A DNA stretch of 64,000 nucleotides from assembly GCA_018303075.1 (NCBI GenBank), contig JAGVYW010000001.1, positions 7,156 to 71,155 of the forward strand, written 5' to 3'. This document shows positions 58,124 through 64,000 of this stretch, one piece after another. The number at the start of each line of letters is the position of its first letter. The first letter of the stretch is position 1. Source of the DNA: Candidatus Woesearchaeota archaeon (GTDB lineage: Archaea; Nanobdellota; Nanobdellia; Woesearchaeales; DSVV01). The position numbers were made by a program, and so were the translations under genes. The notes beneath the pieces were generated by a model that was not told the origin of the DNA, did not search any database, and was given only the letters and a program-made list of their open reading frames with translations.

Positions 58124-59686
58124 CTATTTCTCATTAACTTTCACAACAACCTTCTTATAATGCTTTTCCAATTCCTTAAAAGTTACTTTGCAAGAAACTA
58201 ATCTTGATAGAATAGAGTATAATTCATCAATCTTTACTCTAATCTGAGAGGTAGTATCTCTATCACGAACAGTAACAGATTTATCCTCTAAGCTGTCAAA
58301 ATCAAATGTTATACAATAAGGAATACCTATCTCATCAGCACGAGCATATCTACGTCCAACACTGCCGCTGCGATCATATTGACAGACAAAATCATCTTTT
58401 AATAATTGATAGACTTCTTTTGTCTGTTCTTCTAATTTATTAACCAATGGAAATACTCCAACTTTAATCGGAGCTAATTTAGGATGCAATTTCAGCAGAA
58501 TATTTCCTCGTTTTTTATCATCATGATATGCGTCAAACAAAAATACCAGCATTGCTCTTTCTACTCCTAAAGCTGGCTCTGCAACTACATGAGGTATAAC
58601 TTTTTGTTTGGTTTCTTCATCAAAGATGCTCAAATCTTTGCCAGAATGCTTCATATGCTGATGCAGATCAAAATCTGTTCGATTAGCAAAGCCTTGCAGT
58701 TCTTTCCATCCCATAGGAAAATGATACTCTAAGTCCCATGTATCAAGCGCATAATGGCTTTTTTCGTCTTTAACGTGTTGTCGTATCCGCAAATGCTCTG
58801 GATTAACACCAAGTCCAACAAACCATTGGTGAAATTGTGCTAACCAATAACCATGCCATTGTGTTTTTATAATATTCTGTTTTAATGTATCTTTGATAGT
58901 CATTTCCTTTTCTTTATTTTTTTTATGCTGCATTTCTTCAGAATATACTTTTAACGAATAATCCATAACATCTGCAATAAACGAACAATCATTTGCTTTT
59001 AATGGATGTATAAAATATTCCATCTCCATCTGCTCAAATTCTCTGCAGCGAAAAATAAAATCTCTAGGAGAAATCTCATTTCTGAATGCTTTGCCTTGCT
59101 GTGCAATACCAAAAGGCAGTTTTAATCTTGCTGTTTCAACAACTAACTTAAAATTGGTAAATATCAACTGTGCTGTTTCTGGTCTTAAATATGCTGTATT
59201 GCCTTCAACAGGTCCAACATTTGTTGCAAACATAAGATTAAATTGTTTAGCATCTGCTAATTCTCCTTTACAATTCGGACATTTAATGCTATTTTCTTGA
59301 ACAAGTTTGTTGATAGCATCTTTTTTTAAACCATCTGCAGTAATCTTAAGTACATCTTCAACAAGATGATCTCCCCTAAATCGCTGCTTGCATTTCTTGC
59401 ATTCTAAAAGAATATCTTCAAAATTATCAACATGACCAGAAGCTTTCCATATTTTTGCATGCGATACAATTGCTCCGTCAATGCCAACAATATCCGGTCT
59501 ATTATTAACAAAAGTATTCCACCACTGCTGTTTGATATTATTCTTAAAATTAACACCCAATGGACCATAATCAAATATTCCAGATAATCCACCATAAAGT
59601 TCAGAGCTTTGAAAAACAAAGCCTTTTTGCTTGCAGAATATTGCAAGCTGTTCTGTTGTGATTGATGTTTGGTGTGTATGTGTCAT
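58124..59686 (-). CDS. glyS: glycyl-tRNA synthetase (archaeal/eukaryotic-type class II)
   Basis: The N-terminal signature is FVFQSSELYGGLSGIFDYGPLG. Class II motifs and a C-terminal anticodon-binding domain are present. Confidence 0.85.
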   Translation of the reverse strand: MTHTHQTSITTEQLAIFCKQKGFVFQSSELYGGLSGIFDYGPLGVNFKNNIKQQWWNTFVNNRPDIVGIDGAIVSHAKIWKASGHVDNFEDILLECKKCKQRFRGDHLVEDVLKITADGLKKDAINKLVQENSIKCPNCKGELADAKQFNLMFATNVGPVEGNTAYLRPETAQLIFTNFKLVVETARLKLPFGIAQQGKAFRNEISPRDFIFRCREFEQMEMEYFIHPLKANDCSFIADVMDYSLKVYSEEMQHKKNKEKEMTIKDTLKQNIIKTQWHGYWLAQFHQWFVGLGVNPEHLRIRQHVKDEKSHYALDTWDLEYHFPMGWKELQGFANRTDFDLHQHMKHSGKDLSIFDEETKQKVIPHVVAEPALGVERAMLVFLFDAYHDDKKRGNILLKLHPKLAPIKVGVFPLVNKLEEQTKEVYQLLKDDFVCQYDRSGSVGRRYARADEIGIPYCITFDFDSLEDKSVTVRDRDTTSQIRVKIDELYSILSRLVSCKVTFKELEKHYKKVVVKVNEK

Positions 59687-59742
59687 TTTATTGTGTTTGT
59701 GAGTAAAGATTTATATAGTTTATCTATTATTTTGTTCTAACT

Positions 59743-60522
59743 ATGGAAAGCAAAATAACAAACAATAAAAAATGGAAAACATCTATAGCAAACTCAACTG
59801 ATAAACAAACTCTTGTAAGAGGGTATCCTTTAGAAGATTTAATACAAAACTTAAATTTTACCCAAGCTATTTACTTAATTCTTAAAGGAGAGCTGCCAAC
59901 AAAGCAAGAAGAGCAAATGCTAAACGCTATTTTTGTTGCAGCTATTGACCACGGCATTGCTTCACCATCATCGCAAGTTGCAAGAATTGTTTTTTCTGGA
60001 GGAAACTCGTTAAACACAGCAGTTGGTGCAGGAATTTTGACATTAGGAGATTCACATGGCGGCGCAATTGAGCAATGCGCAAAACTATTGCAGGAAAACA
60101 AGGACAAACCAGCAAAAGAGATTGTTGCGGAGATTCTGCAGCAAAAGAAAGTCTTGCCTGGTCTTGGCCATAAAATTTACAAAGATGAGGATCCGCGAAC
60201 AATACAATTATTTTCTATTGCAAAAAAACTAAGATTATATGGCAATTATTGCAAATTAACAGAAGAGATACAAAAAGAGATTGAAAAACAAAAAGGAAAA
60301 AAGCTTTGCATAAACATCGACGGTGCAATCGCCGCAATAATGTCAGAGATGCAGTTTGACTGGAGACTCGGCAAAGGTCTGTTTATCATCCCTAGAACAG
60401 CTGGTTTAGTTGCACATGCTCATGAAGAATGGTGCAGAGAAAAACCATTCAGAAGATTGGATGAAGATGAATATTGCTATGATGGAAAAGATGAACGAAA
60501 ATTGCCGAAAAAAATAGAATAA
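59743..60522 (+). CDS. citrate-synthase-family protein, short form (citryl-CoA lyase-like)
   Basis: The citrate synthase signature is LPGLGHKIYKDEDPR. At 259 aa it corresponds only to the small/C-terminal catalytic part of the fold. Confidence 0.55.
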   Translation: MESKITNNKKWKTSIANSTDKQTLVRGYPLEDLIQNLNFTQAIYLILKGELPTKQEEQMLNAIFVAAIDHGIASPSSQVARIVFSGGNSLNTAVGAGILTLGDSHGGAIEQCAKLLQENKDKPAKEIVAEILQQKKVLPGLGHKIYKDEDPRTIQLFSIAKKLRLYGNYCKLTEEIQKEIEKQKGKKLCINIDGAIAAIMSEMQFDWRLGKGLFIIPRTAGLVAHAHEEWCREKPFRRLDEDEYCYDGKDERKLPKKIE

Positions 60523-60555
60523 TTAATCATTTATTAAGATCAACTTGTTGTGATT

Positions 60556-60939
60556 CTAACAATTCAATTTTTGCATAAATTCATCAAGAGAAAGATGATG
60601 TCTAAGATAAATTCTATCATTAAAACGCAGCAATGACATCGACACTGTAAAATCATAAGCAGTTGGAACATCCACTTCTCTATTAAAATAGATCTCATCT
60701 AAACCTTTCAGAAAGTCTATTGTCGGATAACCTTGAAAGAATCCTTCAGGTGCAACTGCAATAGTTCTTGATTCAATCGCTTGCTGTATTAAAGCATGTG
60801 GAGTAATAATTGGAGCTCTAACTCCAGCTAAAATTGTTGCAAGCATAAATGAATAAGGTGAACATGATATATTAGCCTCTGTTACCTCTCGCATACTGCC
60901 TTGATCAATAAGAGTTTGTAAATCAATATCTACTGCCAT
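60556..60939 (-). CDS. hypothetical protein (possibly the sensor/ligand-binding part of a split regulator)
   Basis: A 127-aa protein immediately downstream of, and co-oriented with, the HTH_10 ORF. Confidence 0.3.
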   Translation of the reverse strand: MAVDIDLQTLIDQGSMREVTEANISCSPYSFMLATILAGVRAPIITPHALIQQAIESRTIAVAPEGFFQGYPTIDFLKGLDEIYFNREVDVPTAYDFTVSMSLLRFNDRIYLRHHLSLDEFMQKLNC

Positions 60940-61012
60940 ATAAAACAGAAGACAAAACGAGTATAACTAATTTATACCAGATATATCAGGTAATAGAAAA
61001 AGAGGTTTATAA

Positions 61013-61276
61013 TCAGATTTTCGCTGCAATTCCGCACAATAACTTATTCTCTGCTTTCAATAAATGTTCTCCAGCAGTTGCAGAACTCAATTGCAACGCT
61101 TTTGCAATCTCAACTATTGTTGTCTTTCTTGGCAGTTCATAATATCCTTGTTGGACTGCATATGAGAAAATCTTTTTTTGTTGTTTTGATAACAATGGCT
61201 GTGAAAAATCAACATCGCCGATAAAAAGAGTCTTGAAACTGCCAATTTTTTTTAGTTCTTTGATCATCAGCTGCAT
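61013..61276 (-). CDS. HTH_10 (Bat-type) helix-turn-helix DNA-binding protein
   Basis: The HTH_10 pattern is LSKQQKKIFSYAVQQGYYELPRKTTIVEIAKALQLSSATAGEHLLKAENKLL. Confidence 0.5.
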   Translation of the reverse strand: MQLMIKELKKIGSFKTLFIGDVDFSQPLLSKQQKKIFSYAVQQGYYELPRKTTIVEIAKALQLSSATAGEHLLKAENKLLCGIAAKI

Positions 61277-61395
61277 AATTGTTATACAGAATTATTACTA
61301 TAATAATTTATTGATTTGCTGATTCTTTTCACAGTTACATCCTGTCCTAGTTAATCTCTGTCGTAGTTAACATCTGTCCGGATTACAGAGCTTTA

Positions 61396-61432
61396 GTATT
61401 TTCTGAATGAGCGAAGCGAATTCAGAAAATAC
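61396..61432 (+). repeat. Hairpin with conserved loop GAGCGAAGCGA (copy 3)
   Basis: The sequence is GTATTTTCTGAAT-GAGCGAAGCGA-ATTCAGAAAATAC, with a perfect 13-bp stem. The loop is identical to the copy at 5779-5814, and the 5' stem is related to it (GTATTTNCTGA). Confidence 0.6.
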
Positions 61433-61475
61433 TATTAGCATAAACAATATAAACTAAAACTAATTTAAATAGTTT

Positions 61476-62024
61476 ATGGTAACTCTTAAGACACAGCGAT
61501 TGATTCTTCATCCTGTCAAGATTTCTGATGCAGAAGCAATTTACAATCTGACACGAGATGAAGAGATTCTAAAATACACACAAGTGCCAAGAGATTATTC
61601 TATCAAAAAAGCAAGAGAACACATTACTAAAGAAAACAAGAAAGTAAAACAAGGAAAAGCATTGCATCTTGCAATTACTCTCAAAGAAAACAAGAAAATC
61701 AATAAACAGATGATTGGTATTATCAGCTTAAACAGCATCAACAAACAACATAAAAGGGCTGCAATTGGCTATTGGCTTGGCAAGCAATACAGAAACAAAG
61801 GATACATAAAAGAAGCATGCAAAGTTTTACTAAGTTTTTGTTTTAATCAATTAAAACTCAACAGAATTCAGTTCTCTTGTTCTACAGAGAATAAAGCATC
61901 ACAAAAAGTAATTGAATCACTCAACGCAGTATTTGAAGGCATACAGCGCCAGAAAACATATAAAGACTGCAGGTTTCACGATAAACGAGTATATGCAATA
62001 TTAAAAGAAGAATACAGTCGATAA
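61476..62024 (+). CDS. GNAT-family N-acetyltransferase (RimJ/RimL-like)
   Basis: The acetyl-CoA binding region is IGYWLGKQYRNKGYIKEACKVLLSFCF. Confidence 0.7.
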   Translation: MVTLKTQRLILHPVKISDAEAIYNLTRDEEILKYTQVPRDYSIKKAREHITKENKKVKQGKALHLAITLKENKKINKQMIGIISLNSINKQHKRAAIGYWLGKQYRNKGYIKEACKVLLSFCFNQLKLNRIQFSCSTENKASQKVIESLNAVFEGIQRQKTYKDCRFHDKRVYAILKEEYSR

Positions 62025-62026
62025 AA

Positions 62027-62821
62027 ATGAATGAAAAATTACTAAACAAACAATTTTCTGTTGGATTGCAAGCAGTGAAAGAAGCATCAAAGATAGCAAT
62101 GCAATATTACAAAAATTTGCCAAATATACAAAGAAAAGCTTCTGGCAGTGTTGTTACATTAGCTGATTTTGCAGCTGAGGATAAGATGTTCTCAATAATT
62201 GAAAGAAATTTTCCATATGACTCTTTGCATGGCGAAGAATCTGGACTGCAAAAAAAGAAAACAAAATATACATGGGTAGCTGATCCAATAGATGGCACAT
62301 CAAATTACATGCATGGTCTGCCTATGTTTGGAGTATCGCTTGCATTGCTTGAAAACAACAAACCAATCATTGGATTTGTATCATTGCCTTTTTACCAAGA
62401 GATATTTTATGGGATAAAGAGAAAAGGCTCTTACTTAATAAAAAACAAAAAGAAATTTCTTTTAAGTGTTTCAAAGACAAAGGAATTCAAAGATTCATTG
62501 CTAATAATAAGTGCAAGGGCAAGAAGCGATTATGCAACTTTGGAGAAACTAATAAGAATCTTTATTCCATATTGTAATTATCGCAGTTTTGGTTCTGTTG
62601 TCTTTAATCTTATGCAGCTTGCAAAAGGAAATGTACAAGCTGTAATCAGCCACGGTCTTCATCCATGGGATAATGCAGCATCATTTGTTATAACAGAAGA
62701 AGCAGGTGCAAAAATAACAAACTTTCAAGGAAAGAAATGGAATCTCAATGAAAAAAGCTTTTTGATAACAAATAATATACTTCATAAAGAATTTTTAGAT
62801 ATAATCAAGAAGAATATGTGA
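62027..62821 (+). CDS. suhB: inositol monophosphatase-family phosphatase (IMPase/FBPase-like)
   Basis: The family motifs are WVADPIDGTSNYMHGLPMFGVSLAL and HPWDNAAS. Confidence 0.8.
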   Translation: MNEKLLNKQFSVGLQAVKEASKIAMQYYKNLPNIQRKASGSVVTLADFAAEDKMFSIIERNFPYDSLHGEESGLQKKKTKYTWVADPIDGTSNYMHGLPMFGVSLALLENNKPIIGFVSLPFYQEIFYGIKRKGSYLIKNKKKFLLSVSKTKEFKDSLLIISARARSDYATLEKLIRIFIPYCNYRSFGSVVFNLMQLAKGNVQAVISHGLHPWDNAASFVITEEAGAKITNFQGKKWNLNEKSFLITNNILHKEFLDIIKKNM

Positions 62822-62857
62822 GAATCAGTCTTATCGAAGAAGATAACTAAAAGATAA

Positions 62858-63979
62858 TTAATACCTTTCCAATGTTTCAACAATATCTTTTGTCATCTTA
62901 TCTAATGAGAATCTCTTAACAGCTGTTTCGCGTGCATGTTTTCCTAATTTCTCACGCAATTCATGGCTTTTAAGCAATTGATCAAGCTTAAGCGATAATA
63001 CTAAAGAGTTTCTAAATGGAAACAGCATTCCATTATATTTTTCAAGAACATAATACTTGACATAACCAACAGGGGTTGTTACAACAGGAATGCCGCATGC
63101 CATTGCTTCAACTGTACTTAATGAAGTAGTTTCTGTTAATGAAGGCAGTACATAAATATCCATTGCCTGAAGATACTGCAAAACATTATCAGTTGCACCT
63201 GCCATAATAATATTTCTATCTGATCTAAACTCGTCTTCCAGATCCTTGATGCCCTTTCCGACAATCAGCAGTCTTATGTTTTCATGTTTTTTCTCGATGA
63301 TTCTAAATGCTCTATAAAGTGTGATTATATTTTTTTCTCGTGCTAATCTTCCGACAAATCCAATAACAAAAGTATCTTTTTTCAGGCCAAGTTTTTGTTT
63401 TGCTTCTTCTTTATTATGCGTAGGTCTAAAATGCGCAGTATCAGTGCCTAGAAAAATTATTTTTGATTTTGTATGAATTCCATTCTTTATAAATAATTCT
63501 TTGAGTTCAGGAAAAGGCATCAGCAATAGGTCGCATTTTCTATAGATAAAACGAGCAAGCATCTTTGTCATTACATTAATCAGATGTTTGAACTTTCCGA
63601 TACTTTTGGTAGTCAACTCCCATTCAATAGAATGTATATAGCTAATGATAGGTTTTTTAAGTCTTTTTCCTGCTAAAACAGCGCTTATTCCAATAGGTCC
63701 GATTGTTTGTGTAAAAAGAATATCATGTTCTCTCATAATCTTCTTGACTGCAAAATAATGAAAGTTTGAAAAAGAAATATCACCTAACTGAATATTAATA
63801 ATTGGAAACCTTATAATATTTACTCCCTCTAATTCCGGCATTTTTCCAGGAAAATCTGGAGCAATGATTGTTATAGAGAATGATTCTTGTAATGCTGGAA
63901 GCAGTTGAGTAAGAAATCTAGTAATACCATCCCAACGCGGCAGAAAGCAATCTGTTGCAATCAACAATTTCTTTTTCAC
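62858..63979 (-). CDS. glycosyltransferase family 4 (GT-B fold)
   Basis: A C-terminal GT4 domain carries GFVGRLAREKNIITLYRAF and the ...TSLSTVEAMACGIPVV motif (E-x7-E region). Confidence 0.75.
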   Translation of the reverse strand: MKKKLLIATDCFLPRWDGITRFLTQLLPALQESFSITIIAPDFPGKMPELEGVNIIRFPIINIQLGDISFSNFHYFAVKKIMREHDILFTQTIGPIGISAVLAGKRLKKPIISYIHSIEWELTTKSIGKFKHLINVMTKMLARFIYRKCDLLLMPFPELKELFIKNGIHTKSKIIFLGTDTAHFRPTHNKEEAKQKLGLKKDTFVIGFVGRLAREKNIITLYRAFRIIEKKHENIRLLIVGKGIKDLEDEFRSDRNIIMAGATDNVLQYLQAMDIYVLPSLTETTSLSTVEAMACGIPVVTTPVGYVKYYVLEKYNGMLFPFRNSLVLSLKLDQLLKSHELREKLGKHARETAVKRFSLDKMTKDIVETLERY

Positions 63980-64000
63980 ATTTTTTTCATGTTTATCTTC

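Overview
This is an AT-rich (about 30% GC), gene-dense window from an archaeon. It opens with the 3' half of the conserved archaeal ribosomal-protein operon (S4e, L5, S14, S8, L6, L32e, L19e, L18, S5, L30, L15, SecY) followed by a DUF106 membrane protein. The eL32/eL19/eS4 set, archaeal-type AlaRS, GlyRS and CCA-adding enzyme, inteins, a tRNA with a non-canonical intron, tRNAs without encoded CCA, fused genes and many Cys-rich secreted proteins together point to a small-genome DPANN-like archaeon.

Housekeeping and metabolic content:
- Regulators and enzymes: Lrp and glutamine synthetase, a Nre-like/DHH (RecJ-like) pair, a pentose/nucleoside-salvage cluster, an archaeal CCA-adding enzyme, folate genes (FolK, FolP, PabC-like) and a bacterial-type class-2 PyrD.
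- Replication, translation and maintenance: family-B DNA polymerase, AlaRS, GlyRS, SSB, a CYTH protein, a GNAT, an IMPase and a GT4 glycosyltransferase.
- The salvage cluster contains an Rpe-RpiB fusion, an alkaline-phosphatase-family enzyme, a PfkB kinase and a HIT protein.
- RNA genes: tRNA-Phe(GAA), tRNA-Gly(UCC) with an ~84-nt intron in the D-arm, and a 121-nt structured RNA candidate with a 5S-like loop-C motif.

Accessory and unusual content:
- A type-IV-pilus/archaellum-like module (RHH protein, FlaI/VirB11-family ATPase, FlaJ-like platform protein) whose ATPase carries a 522-aa LAGLIDADG intein inserted in the Asp box.
- An MNT-HEPN toxin-antitoxin cassette inserted at the 3' end of an asparaginase-like gene. 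That gene carries an in-frame TAA, and the cassette is flanked by ~90-bp diverged direct repeats.
- A GC-rich, probably foreign ORF island next to alaS, bounded by a 40-bp direct repeat.
- A DNA methyltransferase followed by an HNH-like ORF that is disrupted by a MITE-like element; a second copy of that element lies downstream of secY.
- A family of hairpins that start on stop codons and share the loop GAGCGAAGCGA.
- Several tandem pairs of Cys-rich repeat secreted proteins.

No CRISPR array and no 16S/23S rRNA were seen.
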